Below, in pieces: positions 36,201 to 51,200 of a stretch of DNA of 64,000 bases (its first letter is position 1; each line of letters starts with the position of its first letter). A model generated the notes under the pieces. The model was not told the origin of the DNA and did not search any database. It worked only from the letters and a program-made list of their open reading frames with translations. Both the position numbers and the translations under genes were made by a program. The DNA comes from Glaucostegus cemiculus (lineage: Eukaryota): positions 40,114,001 to 40,178,000 of the forward strand of contig CDPCPM010000029.1 of NCBI GenBank assembly GCA_976551045.1, in the 5' to 3' direction.

Positions 36201-39200
36201 AATTTCCAGATCCTACAGTATTGATTTGACTAAATTCAAATTTCATTTTGCATTTAAAACTAAAATGATCAGGTTTTTAAACAGATATTGTGATAATGCT
36301 ATGTACTGATATACAAATTGAAATTCATATCTAAAATCTAATAGTGTAAACTAACCCAGCCATACATGAATAGACCAATGGAAGAGAAAAATCAGTAAAA
36401 ATGGAAAGCGCAGATTTCAGTTATTTAATAAAAAAAGATTAGTTTTAACTGATAAATGACAAACTGCTTTCCTACCTTGGTCCTGTTACAGCCCATCCAT
36501 CATATGTCTGGTCTGCATAACCAGAGTTTTCAATAAGACCATCTCCATCAGTATCAAACTTTAACTCAGACTCCATGACAGCCTACAAGTAACAATTATT
36601 CATTGAAATTGAATCCTCAGTTTACAACAGTTGCTTATGTTGTTTATTGACAGATGGTTTAAGTTCTTCACACTGAGAAATTATAAAACAAATCCAGAAT
36701 CCAAAAAGGAAGATTTGGGCTTTCCTCATTTGTTTAATGCTATCAGCAACAATAAAAAAATTACCCAAATACTGTGCTCTTTATAAAAATATGCTCAAGT
36801 TTCAATTATTATTTAAGAAAAATTCATTCTGATTTTCATCCTGCAGTTATCAGATTATTAATTTTCTCCCAACTTTCAACTGTAGTTCCTAGTTAGCAAA
36901 CATTTCCCACCACTGAAAAAGTAAGTAATTGTTAAAACATAACCCACAATATCTCTCTTGAAACATTTGAAGACATTAATATCATACAGATAACACTTAG
37001 AGTTGGACTAAATTTTGTTACCCATACAAGATTAGCACAAAGCAGCCCAAAGCATTTAAGTTACAAGAAAAACAAACTGCACTTAAGAAATCAGCAATTA
37101 CACTTACATCACCTGCAGTTACACCAAAATGTAATTTCATTCATTTACAAAATTGTTTCTTACTTCAGTTCCATTTACTGGAAAGCACAGTGATCATCAC
37201 AATTGGGACTGATCAGAAAAAATTAGATTTTCACCACTAAGGCTTGAAAAATGTGGACTATATTCATTTAGAAAATAATACGAATCCTGAGGATAAAGTG
37301 CATTGAAATACATCTGATAGGAACTGCACAGCCAGCAAAATATTTTAACAGTTTGTGTGTCAGAACTGGGAAAGAGAAAAAGTTAGTTTTAAGTTGCAGA
37401 GAAGGATGGTTAGGACAAGGGCAATGTTTCTGATAGGTTTAGGCTAGGGTTACTGTGGGGACAAGTTATCCCTGGGGAAGTTTGGTGACAAAATGTCAGT
37501 GTTGCAAATAGCAGGCCTGGCTGTGCTAATGGAGGAAAACTGAGCCAGTATCATAGACAGGTGACCTACAGCAAAATTGAACAGTACTGATATAAAGTGA
37601 GAAAGCAAGTTACTGGAAGTTGAAGAATTCATTGTTGAGTCCAGAAGCTTGCAACTTATCCAGCTGAGGTGCTGTTCCTTAAGCCTGCACTGAGCCTCAC
37701 TTTAGCAGAGCAGGAGGCTACAAACAAACATGTCAGAATGGGACTGGAATGGAAAATTAAAGTGGTAAGTCTGGAAAGCTCAGGGTTGCCTGCGGACTTG
37801 AACACAAGAACTCCACAAAGCAATCACCCAATTTGTGTTTACTCTCTCCATTGCAGAGATCGCATTAGGAACACAAAATGCAGTACACTAGACCAGCAGC
37901 TACACAAGTGAACTGCTGCTTCACCTGGAAAGAGTGTTTGGATCCCTGGATGTGGGAAGGGAAAAACGTAAAAGGAGGTGCTGCAGTTACATGGGAAAGT
38001 CCCCTAGGACAGGAGTGGTTAGTGGGGACAGAAGGAAGAGGAATCTTGTTGGAGCTGACAAAAATCATAAAGGATGATCCTTTGAATGTGGAAGGTAGTT
38101 CCAGGGCAACTCTGCCTTTGCCCTTCCAGAAGGACAGGGGATGAAAGCAGAAGGATGGGAAATAAAAGTGATATGATCAAGGGCTCTGTCCACCATGGTA
38201 AGCAGTAAGCCACTGTACAGGAAGACAGAAAATATTTCAAAGACACCTGTGTGGATTGGCTCATCACAGCAAATGCGATGGGGACAGAGGGAAAGTGCAA
38301 TCCTTACAGGTAGTGGGGTAGGAGGTAGTTAAGACTGTTGTTTGAGGTTAGCCCATTTTCTGAGAAGGACACAGATCTAGCAAAGGGAGAGTCCGATATA
38401 GACTGTTCACAGATGAGAGCAGAGTGGATATTGGCAGCAAAAGTAATGAAACTTTCATGTATAGGTAGCACTGAAGCAATCACCAACATACCAGAAAAAT
38501 AGCTGAGAAGGGGATCCTAATAGGACTGAAACAAAGATTGTTCCATAAGAAAGCATAACTTGAGCCCATGTGAGATCCCATTGCTACAGCTTTGACCTGG
38601 AGAAAGTGAGCGAAGTTGAAGTTCAATGCATGCACTGTCTGTGGCTTCCTGCACTGTTATAAGTCTGAGGAACAACACTTCATCTTCCATTTAGGCCTGC
38701 TGCAACATCCTGGTCTCGATACCAAATTCTTCAACTCCTGATATCGAAGAGGAAGCAAGTTATTGGAAGAGGTCCATTTTTGCTGCAAGTCATCCATCTG
38801 TGTTACTGACTCAGTTATTTTCAATCCTTTCCATACCACATACTTCTTTGTTGCACTCTGCCTCTGAGTTATTCCCACAGCAATGCTGGTCTCTATCACA
38901 GATATTCTGTCCTTGCCACCCTCTACATTCTCTAACTCAAAACTAATTTCTCTTTCCAAGTTCCAACCTGCAAAGTTAACCATTCTTTTTTCCACAGACG
39001 CTGCTTGACCTAAATGTTTCCAGCATTTACTGTTTTTGTTTCAGATTTCCAGCATCTGTAGTTTTGACTTTCAAAATATTTATGAAAGGGAATTACACAA
39101 GTGTCAGCCAATATATGCGCAATAAAGTTCTCAAAGTAATTGAACAGTTTGTCATGAATTTTTTTTATACCCAAGTAAATCAATTAAGCTTAAATCAGAG

Positions 39201-42200
39201 TAATACAGCATGGAAACAGACCCTTTGGCCCAACTGGGTCCATGCCGACCAAGATACCCATCTAAGCTAGACCCATTTACCCACATTTGGCCCATATCTG
39301 TCTAAATATTCCATAGTCATGTACCTGTTCAAGCGTCTTTTGAATGCTGTTAATGTATTTGCCTCAACCACTTCCTCTGGCGGCTCATTCCATATACAAA
39401 CCACCCTCTGCATGAAAAAGTTGCCTCTCAGGTTCCTATTAAAATCTCTCCCCTCTCACCTTAAACCTATGCCCTCTATTTCTGATTTCCCAACCCTAGG
39501 GGAAAAAGTTTGTGCATTCACCCTATCTATGCCCCTCATGATTTTATATACCTCTACAAGATCATGCCTCATTTCTCCTACACTGCAATGAATAAAGTCA
39601 GCCTGCTCAACTTCTCTCACTAACCTAGTCCCTCAAGTCCTGGCAACATCCTCAAATCTCCTCTGTACACTTTCTAGCTTAAAGAGCATCTTTCCTATAG
39701 CAGGGTGACCAAAACTGAACAGAATATTCCAAACGTGGCCTCATCAACATCTTGTACAACTGCAACATAACCTTCCAACAGCTATACTCAATGCCCTCAC
39801 TGATGAAGGCGAGCATGCCAAACCTGTCTACCTGTAATGCCACTTTTTGATGCCCCAAGGAATGAAATATCTGGCCATGTTATCTTTATCTGTACTGCAC
39901 TGGCGTGCCAAAATAACAAAATGGAGCTTGAACGCCTAACTACTTGGTTCAGATACAATACTACCAATTTCAGACTTGACATCTCTTGAAACCAGATCCT
40001 GCAGATGACAAATTTACTTTTAATACCAATTTATTCAACCATATATGATACAAGACTGATACGATTTTAGTCATGTCCTCTTTAAATAGCTTCCTTAAAA
40101 TGGAATGAAACACATAAGACCACTTATAGATCACAAGATCACAAGACAAGGGAGCAGAAGTAGGCCATTCAGCCCTTCGAGTCTGCTCCATGAGGAGAGA
40201 AAAGATAACATATCTATCCCCAATTTCCAGCCTTATCCCCATATCCCTTGATACCTTGATTAATTAGGTACCTATCCAACTCCCCTTTAAATGCCCCCAC
40301 TGACTGAGCCTCTACAGCTGTACGTGGCAGAGAATTCCACAATTCCACCACCCTCTGACTAAAGTAATTTCTCCTCATCTCTGTTTTAAACTGATTCCCT
40401 CTGATTCTAAGTCTGTGCTCTCTAGTCTTGGACTCACCCACCAAGGGAAACAGCCTATCCACATCTACTCTATCCATTCCTTTCAACATTCTAAACACTT
40501 CTATGAGGTCCCCCCTCATTCTTCTGTACTCCAATGAGTACAGTCCAAGAGCCGATAAACGCTCATCATAGGTAAGCCCTTTCATACCAGGAATCATCCT
40601 TGTAAACCTCCTCTGAACCCTCTCCAACATCAGCACATCCCTTCTAAGGTGTGGGGCCCAAAACTGCACACAGTATTCCAAATGAGGACGTACCAGTGCT
40701 CCATAGAGCCTCATCATCACTTCCCTACTTCTATACACTATACCTCGCGAAATGAACGCCAACATAGCATTTGCTTTCTTTAGCGCCGAACCGACCTGGT
40801 GGTTGACTTTTAGGGTGTCCTGCACGAATACCCCCAAGTCCCTTTATATGCCAACAGACACTAGAGCAAATAGGGCAACCTCAATGGACTTTTACCTATT
40901 CAATAACATTACTTATAACATTACAACACATTCCCATGCAATTCCAATTTTTTTTGGGGGGGGGGGGGGAGGGAGGGGTGGTGACTACTACCAAACAGAA
41001 GTCTCTCAAATAAATCAATGTTAATTTTAAGTAGTGGGCTCCAATCTTTCTTACTTCTGTAAGTTCCAAGGTTTGACCTCAAAACTTCTCCTATCTTGCT
41101 CATGGAGTAACAGTTGGCTACTCAACTGTCATCACCATCCTACATCTGGATGGGCATCTGTATTGGCTCATTTGAATCAAGCTATTCCAAAACAATGTGG
41201 ATACTTACTGGAATATATTTAACAAATTTTCATTGTATCCAATATGCACAACTCTGGACTCAATCACATTCTCAGAAGCTTAACACCATAGATATAATTC
41301 CATTTGAGTTGAATGCAATTCAGTCGAAAGTCCAGGTCAAAATTCTCAAAAAGGTGACTCCATACCCAATGTATCATGATGAAAAATTTAGTTTATAAAT
41401 TACTAGCTTTCTAAACGAAAGGATTTTTCAAAGTCATTTGGTACAACCTGTAATCTAAATTTGAAACCCTTCCGAGTACAACTTCTTGTTCATTTATCCT
41501 GTAAGTAATAAATTCTATTACTTAAAATGTAGACACTACACCATTATGGGATTCACATTAATTGTTGCACACCAAACTTCATTAGTTCGTTTTATCATCT
41601 TGGTTATAAATACCATACATCTTCAAAACACCATAAGTAACTATAGCTAATGGCAGATGATCACACAAAAACCATACTTGAATAAATGAAGAAATAAAAA
41701 TTAACATTAAAAAGATTAAAATTCCAGATAAAATAGTTCCACAAAGAGCCTAGTGCTAGAGGGTAATGACAAGATGTGGCACAATCAGCATCAGACTTGA
41801 TGGGTTTATGCAAATTGGACTTGCACCAGTTGGAATAATTGAAAAGGCAGGGGATCAAAACATTTGTTCTAAAATGTTATCCTTTTTCTCCTTTATTAAT
41901 CCAGTTCAGTGTCTTGAATCATTTGCTACTGATCAACTGTACAACTCAATTAGTCTTGATCAGAGATGCATCAATCATTAAGTCTAAATGATGTGTGCAA
42001 GCCCTCAAAAAAATTTCGAAACCAAGTTTTGGTTGATTTGAAATTTTTGATTTTTATGGAATTTTGTGCATTTTAGTATTTCACAAGATCACAAGATAAT
42101 GGAGCAGAAGCAGGCCAGTTGGCCCATCGATTCTGCTCCAAAGGGAAGGGAGGGTAGGGAAAAAAGAGGATGAGAGGAAAAAAAATACCTATTCTAAGTC

Positions 42201-45200
42201 CAAATCCCCACCTTATCTCCATATCCCTTGATACCTTGACCAATTAGATATCTATCTATTTCCTTCTTGAATATCCCCAATGATCTGGCTTCCACTGCTT
42301 TCTGTGGTAAGGAGTTCCACAGGTTCACCACCCTCTGGCTAAAGAAATTCCTCCTTATCTCTGTTTTGAACCTGCTTCCTCTAATTCTAAGGTTGTGTCC
42401 TCTAGTCCTGGACTCCCCCACCAAGGGAAACAGCTTGACCACATTCACTTTGTCCATTCCTTTCAACATCTTGTACGTTTCTATTAGGTCCCCTCTCATT
42501 CTTCTGTACTCCGAGTACAGTCCAAGTGACAACAGTCGGTCATCATATGTAAGCTTTTTCATCCCAGGAATCATTCTAGTAAATCTCCTCTGAACCCTCT
42601 CCCAACATCAGCACATCCTTCCTAAGGCATGGGGCCCAAACCTGTACACAGTACTCTAAGTGAGGCCTCACCAGTGGCCCGTATAGCCTCATCAACACTT
42701 TCTTGCTTTTATATACTATACCCCTCAAAATAAATGCCAACATAGCATTCGCGTTCCTTACCGCCCATCCAACCTGGTGGTTAACCTTTAGGTTATCCTG
42801 TACGAGCACCCCTAAGTCCCTTTGTACTTCTGTACTTCCAATTTTATCTCCTTCTAGATAATAGTCTGCCCGTTTATTTCTACTTCCGAAGTGTACAACT
42901 GCACATTTTTCCACATTGAACCTCATCTGCCATTTCTTCGCCCATTCTCCTAGACTATCCGAGTCTCTCTGTAACTTTCCTGTCTCCTCACTATTCCCCA
43001 CTCCCCCCCCCAATCTTAGTGTCATCCGCAAACTTGGCCACAAACCCATTAACTCTTTCGTCTAAATCATCAATATACAAGGTAAAAAGAAGGGGCCCCA
43101 ACACCGACCCCTGCGGAACACCACTAGTAACCGGCAGCCAACCAGAACAGGAACCTTTTATTCCCACCCTCTGCTTCCTGCCATCCAGCCAACGCTCCAC
43201 CCATTCTGTTATCCTGCCAATTTAAAAAACACAGGAAAAGGGAACCAAAGCATCAGGTTAGGCTGACCATTAATTGGGTGACTATTTGGCTGAAAGTCCC
43301 AACGAGTTAATTGGTGGACATTGAAAGGGAGTTGAGGAAAAGAAATCTAAACAGTTGTGGGGTCTAAAGCTTAATGTCTCAAAGGGTGATGGAGGCAAAA
43401 GCCCTCATTACATTTAATTGGGACCTGCATAAGCAAATGAAGAACTGCAACCTGCAAGACCACAGATTGAGTGTCAGAAAGTAAGAATAACTCAAGTAGC
43501 TCAACTTTTGACACCAATGGACAGAATGGGTTGAATGGCCTCCTGTGCCATTTCTATGATTAAACAATTTACTGAGCTACAAGTGACCATTGATACTTAC
43601 ACATGGATTCCAATGCAAGGAGAACGACAGGCTTAAGTTTATTGAAGCCACCGTCTTAGAAGTTACAGAATATTTTAAAATCCTATATGTTACCACCTCA
43701 TTTAAAAGAGCTGCATACCTGGCAGACAGACCACATGTCTTCAAGGTAAGTGCCATCATTAGTTAGATAGTAGTCTCTGTAAACTTGCAGAACAAATTTC
43801 AAGTTGAGATCTTTCCAGTCAGCTGTGTCGTGAATCAAGTAAGCATTGACTCTTTCCCAGGGTTCATCATCTATTGGAAAAATATTTTTAAGTGATTGTA
43901 TTTTTAACCAGAATTAAATTCACTCTAATATACATTTGAATTAGAACACACACTTCTACAAAATAAAAATTGACAGGTGTCCAGTTTAGAATATGGCAAT
44001 TCACATTTAGTAGAGCTCCAACATGAAAACAATGAAGATAATAGCAAATGACTGAAACGTACAGGATGTAGTCAATTCAGATTTTTCTTCTTCCCCAATG
44101 GTATCCTGGATATTAGTATTTTCCAGAGGCATTGAGTGGTTGCGTCACTGAATAGTTGAACCCAAAGTATTAATCCGTATATTCACTTTGCAGATGTTAA
44201 ATTCTTTTGAATTTCCAAGTTTAACCATTTGCTTTCTTGTGCTTTGAGAAAATTTAAATCAGTTTCTGATCTTCATTCGGAAACATAACACCTAGTCTGA
44301 TGAAAAATTGCTATTTACACTCTCAAGACATGCCCATTATATTCAATCTCCTACTGATCTTTGAAAAACATTACAATACCAAATGTTTTGTACATAAGGA
44401 AAAATTGAAAAATACCTGTAAAGGATATTGTTAAAGCTGCACCTAGAATTGGAAATGACTGGCATTTATAACTTTACCTTTGTGCTTCAAATCTGATCAT
44501 TCGGCCCATACCGACCTGGTTTTCTGCCTAATCCCATCTACCTGCACCTAGACCACTGAATTTGGAGAATTTTGTGGCAACATTGTTAGTGGTATCTTTA
44601 CATTTTTCCTCATTGTATTTCAAGGCAGGCAGGCCATTTTGCCATCAAGTCTATGCTGGCTCTCAGAACACTTCCATTAGTCCCATTTCCCCACATATTT
44701 TCCTGTAATATTGTCTTACAGGCCCGTCAACTTCCTGCCAGCCACTTGCACTAGGGAGAAGCTACGATAGCAAATTAAGCTACCTGCACCACTTTTGGAT
44801 GTATTGCATTCAGGAAATCTCACCAAGTCAGAGGGAGAACATGCAAACACCACACAAATAACACACAAGATCAGGACTGAGCAGAGTCACTTAAGCTCTG
44901 CAGCAATTACCACCAGCTAGTCACTCACAATGACCTTCACAGACATTACCTGATTGGAGTACTTCTAGCATTTAACTTCCATTTTGAAGTATTGGGTGAC
45001 ATCTAATTTACAGCTTGTTTGTCAAGTTCTTTGCATTCCTCTCTTTGCATTTAGAATGCAAATGTGAAGTACAATTTTTTTCTCGTTGGTACATGTTTAA
45101 AAGACTAAATACTATTGAAAATCAATGACAGAAACCTACACCCAGATCTTCAGTTAGAGAATTTACAGGTGCAAATTAAAAAACACAATGAATTACAACC

Positions 45201-48200
45201 TTTTAAGAGAGTAATATTTTGATAAGAAAAAATTAGAAACTGTAAAACAGGAATAAATGCATTGCAGCACACAACCTACTGTAGGCTCTTTACAAGTTTT
45301 CCAGTCAAAAAAAAAGGCACAAATTACCATAGAACCATAGAACAATACAGCACAAAACAGGCCCTTCGGCCCACCAAGTTGTGCCGTCCTTCAAACGTCA
45401 CACAATCTAACTCTTTCCTCCCACATATCCCACTATTCCACATTCTTCCATGTGCATATCTAACAATCTCTTGAACCTGTCCAATGTATCTGCCTCTACC
45501 ACCACCCCAAGCAGCGCATTCCATGCGCCAACCACTCTCTGGGTGAAAAACTTCCCTCTGACATCTCCCCTGAACTTTCCACTCAATATCTTAAAGCCAT
45601 GCCCTCTTGTCTTGAGCATTTGTGTTCTGGGAAAGAGCACTACCCACTTAAGGAAGTGCCAAACCATTCTGCAGTTCTAATATGCCTTATTGGACGTATA
45701 TGACTATGTTTGAGGACTAATTTTCCCCAAAAGACATGCAAATGGAATTCAAAAAGCTACCTTACAGTAACTTATGAGAGGTCAAGAGCACTTCAGTACA
45801 GTCAGAATATTAATGATGGACATTAAAATGTTCATTATGCATAATGGATTTAAAAACATTGCATTATTTCATACTACCAATCCAATACCAGGATACAAAT
45901 CAAACATTGTATATAATAACTGTGGACATCAACAGGCAGTAGGATTTCTAGGCTTTCGGATGGCACACAATAGCAAAGAGGATAGTAGCAAAATTCAAGA
46001 GGGCATTGGTTAGAAAAGTGGACAAACACAAGGCAGGAGAAATTTAATGCAGTGCAAATTATGCATTTTGGAAGAATGGTGCAATTACAATATACAAGCT
46101 AAATGGTACAATTTTAAAGGTAATGCAGGAATAGAGACAATACAAAGATGAATTTGCTGATAAGGGTGTCAAATTATCCAGGATCTTGAACTTTATCGAA
46201 GCATAGCAGAGGTGTGGAATTAATTGCACAGAGCTGCCAGATGCACAACAGGCCAAATGGTCTCCTCCAGAGACAAATACAGTTCCGTAACATTTGTATT
46301 TGGAAAATATATTTTGAGTCAAATACAAAAGCAATACGCTGATTGAGAATAACTTTGGAAGTTGAAAAATGTATATAAACAACTCTTCATATCCTTAGTA
46401 TGTCCCAAAGTGTTTCACAGTTGATTGTTTTGAAGTAGAATTTTTAAAGCAAATGGGGCAGAAAATTTATAGCAGCACTATTATAAGAGCAAACTGGAAA
46501 GCAGCTTCTTGTGTCTACATGAGTAGCTGCTTGCTGAAGGTGAGAAAGCTTCTCCACAAGCTTTGCTACGTTGGTACCTCACTGACAGATTCAGTATTAA
46601 AATATATCTGCTTCAAATTACTTAACTACTCTCCAGTTAATCATTAAATAGGCCAGAAAAACATTAGGGACAATTCATTAAGGTTAAGTGAATTTATAAA
46701 GTGGCATGATAAGCAATCATGAAGCCACTGGAAAAAAGCAACTGCAGATGGGGTAACCTCATTGCTCAGCACTTTCATTCAGTCCACAGCTTCCCATTAT
46801 GTGCCACAAATTCTCTATCCTACTCCCACTTTGATTTGTCTGCAGCCTCCTGCACTGTTGCAAGGCCAAATCAGCATGAAAAAATAGCCTCTCATCTGTC
46901 TGGACATGTTGCAACATTCTTGTTTCAATATTGAATTCAACAATTTCAAGTAACTTGCCTTCTTCCGTTTGACCAGTTCTGCTGTAAGGTATCCATCTGT
47001 AACATTAGCTGTTTCTCTCCACAGACACTGCCTGATGTGCCAGCATTTCCAGCATTCTTCCTTTGGTTTTGGGTTCAACAACAGCTCAAGTCTGCAATTC
47101 TCAAGCTTTACATACTGTTTTCTCTCTGCCCACTTCCCTCATTAATTAACCATAATTAAGATTCCAGAATCTTGACAATCTTGATCTCATCCCATCAGAG
47201 ATATTCCATCCTATCCACAGCACCTTCTCTGCAACTTTCATTCTGCCTGACCAGCATTTTCTATTTTTATCTAAATACAAAATCTCATTCCATTAGAATT
47301 TAATATTGTTGGAAATTTAAAGATCAGTTTGCAATCTCACCTTTCTTTTTTTTCATGTGATTTACACCTAAATATTCTAATTTATACTTCCTGGTTTAGA
47401 CCGTGCCTCTTGTGCAGATCCCCGAATCTGATTGAGATTTGCTGGAACTACTCTCACACAACACAGACTGCCTGCAGAACTTGTCATGCTACATCACATA
47501 CACAATGACAGCAAGTTGGCAGTTGAAAACCCACTTGTAATCTGGGGGGTTAGCTGCAAAGTGCAACGCATAGAAAACAATAGAGAAACAAAGGATTGCA
47601 TATGCTGGAATATTCTTTTGCCACTCACCGCAATATGTAAGCCAACAAAACTCCAGGAAAGCAAAGATAACAGTTTAAAAATAAGTTTTTTTCATTTGAT
47701 TATGCAGCTGTGGCAATTATGGATAAATATAAAAACCATCTGAAGAACATTAAAAGACTTGGACAGTATAGGCAACTGGAAGTAGGGAATGTAACAAAGA
47801 AGAAGCTATAATACACTAATATTTCAATGATAGCCTTGATCAGCCTCATGCCAAGTACAATTTTTTTCTTATTGTGGTACCCATGTTTAAAAGACTAAAT
47901 GTTACTGAAAATCAATGACAGGAACCTACATGCAGATCTCCAGTTAGAGAATTTACAGATGCAAATTAAAGAGCAACACAATGAATTATAACTTTTTAGA
48001 AGACCAACATTTTGATTAAGGAAAAATTAGCAATTGTAAAACAGGAATAAATATTAAATTTAACCACCATGGAAACAAAATCTCACCTGGATCTCCTATA
48101 TCATGTGGGACTACATTTAGTGTATTCACTTTTGCTAATCTTCCATTCATGAGGTGTATCCGTTGCGTGCAATCCTCCTTCATAACAGCAGCAGCTACAA

Positions 48201-51200
48201 GTATAATTGGTATAAATTTTATGTCCGACAACTGTGAGGAGACTTGACAAAGACATGCTTTTATATGCAAGCTAAAATATCTAAGATGTGTCAAATGTTG
48301 GATTTACACAATATTCTTTCAGATTCAATTTCATTGGTCAGATCATTAGAAAATCCCACCTGCCTTACAATTGAGTTTACTTCAAGTTTCCATAAAGAAG
48401 CCATGTTATTACTGTGAACTCATGAGCTCTTATGCATTTCTTCCATCTACCTAGAGGTTGCTAAGCACTAATAAGACAAATTCAATGAATTGCTGGACCA
48501 GGAGCTTGGTATTAACTTCTCCATAAAATCTCTAATTTACTAATTGTGAGGGTAATTTAATGCTGCTTGATGAAATGAATCGTAATTACAGTTAAATTAA
48601 TATAAATATGGCATGACTGTAGACAATTGGTAACAAATGTCATAGATTAATCAGCATCCATCAAGGTTGGCATGTGCCAATTTAAGCATAACTGAAACAG
48701 TAAAGTGATGAATAAAGATTTGGTTTTGATTAAACAATTGAGGTGAACCAGAAACTTCCAGCTCTTGTTTTAATGTGTGCTCAAGATTCTTCAGCAACCC
48801 AGCCAAAATCAGGCATTTCTAACAATTCACCATTCTGGAGTAAAAAAATAAACTCAGTGATGACATTTCTACCAACTTTCTTAAATGTACCATATGCTAA
48901 ATATAACTATTTTGTGTTTTGGTATGCATTTGTAGCTAGGAAGATTTCATGCCAGACAAAAATATTTGTATTTGAATATTAGTTTTCTAAAAAATGCAAG
49001 TGCTCAGAAAACTAAAAAGTGCTCAAGTTAAGTGGTTAAAACAGTATTAACATGTAATAAATGCAGAATAGGTCTTGGAATTAAAGGAATGCAATGGTAC
49101 TTTTAATACATTTAGACTGTTAAACAGAATGAAATCAGTCACTTGCTCAATAAGCTCATTGGCAATTCCTTGACAAACAGTATTTGCATCATAGTGTTCT
49201 TAATTTTTGTAGCTATTTGTCTGGTAGTAACTTCAGTATGAAATTTGAATGCTTAATTTCTGAAAGGAGCACCAAGTGTCACTCACCAATATCATACTGG
49301 AGACTAAGTTCTAGTTTGGGCCAAAGCATGACTAGTGCAAATGATGCATAAAAATGAACATCATATGTATTGTACATTCGATATTCTTGTCCTATAATAA
49401 AAGAATAGGAAACATTTTCACTATGGCACGAAATTCAACACATGCATCTCTTTAGCAGATAGTAGTGATTAATATGGGTACACACATTTCTATTTACTGC
49501 ATTTTGCAAGATTACATCTTAAGTTAAGGAATTCAAATTACAAGGTGGAATTACTAACCTGTTGACAAGACCTTTTTCCAATATCACAAACAAGATTGAT
49601 CTGGTCAAATGTTTGGTTAAAAATGCACAATTTCTAGAGTATTTAAAAATTTAAAAGTAATACATAATCAAACTATACAAGTTTAATATTTGAATTTAAC
49701 TGGAACTCATCATGCTTGGATTAACCTTAAAGGGCCTAAAGTACAAAGCACATCATGCTGTGATGAACGCCACACAGAAGCCTGTCACTGGAACACATGC
49801 ACACACATACATACTGTACATCCAGAGTGCATATACCTTCCAAATATGCAAATCGCCCATATTCCTTCAGTACTTTAGGTAGAGGTGGAAGTCCAGACTT
49901 CTGACTACAAAAGCCATTTGTTATATTTAAATCATCAGGTACCTGTATCCAGATGGTCCCTCCATCAGATAAAAAATAGAGTTCATTGAACAGGGCCGAC
50001 TTGTACCAGTCTGGTAATCGGCTGAAAAATTAACAGGAAAATTGTGAAATCAAGACCCCAAATTTAGTTCCACATTAAAGAAAAATGAAAGAAGAATGTT
50101 TGTACAAATGCAGCTTTGGTCACATCCACAAAAAAAATGGTATACAAATTAACTAGAAATAAAGTGAACTATTCAGAGAAGTGGCAATATGAAAATGGGT
50201 AGAATAATTTTTAGAAGTACTTCCACAGTGCAGTTTGTTATTAATATGTTGCAAATATCATCAACATTTTCAAAACTAAGCTATATTACAAACACAAAGT
50301 TCATGACCTATGACGGTGATAAAAAAACCTGATTCTGATTCAAAATCATATCTAGTTAATAGCAGTTCTGCTGTCATACAATTTGACCATCATCTCCTTT
50401 GGGTCGGTAGAATAGAACAAAGCTGGCCCCTTGAGACATTGCTATGAATACTTATACAAGATATCTTTATTAGTCACGTGTACATCGAAACACAGTGAAA
50501 TGCATCGTTTGCGTAGAGTAGTCTGGGGGCAGCCTGCAAGTGTCGCCACGCTTCTGGCGCCAACATAGCATTGCCCATACGCCTTTGGAATGTGGGAGAA
50601 AACCGGAGTACCCGGAGGAAACCCATGCAGACATGGGGAGAACATACAAACTCTGTACAGACAGCAGTTGATATTGAACCCGGGTTGCTGGCGCTGTAAT
50701 AGCATTACACTAACCACTACACTACCATGCTTGCCCTATACAGTGCAATTTGAAGTTCTTGCCCAACCTCAGGAATTTAAGAGGACTGCAGTTTATTTTC
50801 ACTTTTTCCACACCTAGCTAGAAAACATTTTTATTTTGCTCATATATATTGATTCCTTGACAGATTTATTCTAGCACTCAACCGTAACAATTGTCACATC
50901 ACTGATGTATTGTTTCCGAGTGGGTGGGAAGAGGTTAGAGTTTAAGGAGAGTGGTGATAAATGCACAACAGTAAAACTCCATTAATCTGGCATGGTCAGA
51001 ACTTTGGTGGTGCCAGATAAGTAGATTGTCCAGACTATTGAACATTATTCCTATTAGTGACTTTTAATTCACATTTTAATATGTTACACAGTATAACAAA
51101 TTTTCCAGAGTCCCGGTGAGTTTAAAGTAATGTGGAGCCCTGGGCATGTTTCTTTAAACTCACTGGGACTCTGGAAAACTTGTTATACTGTGTAACATCT

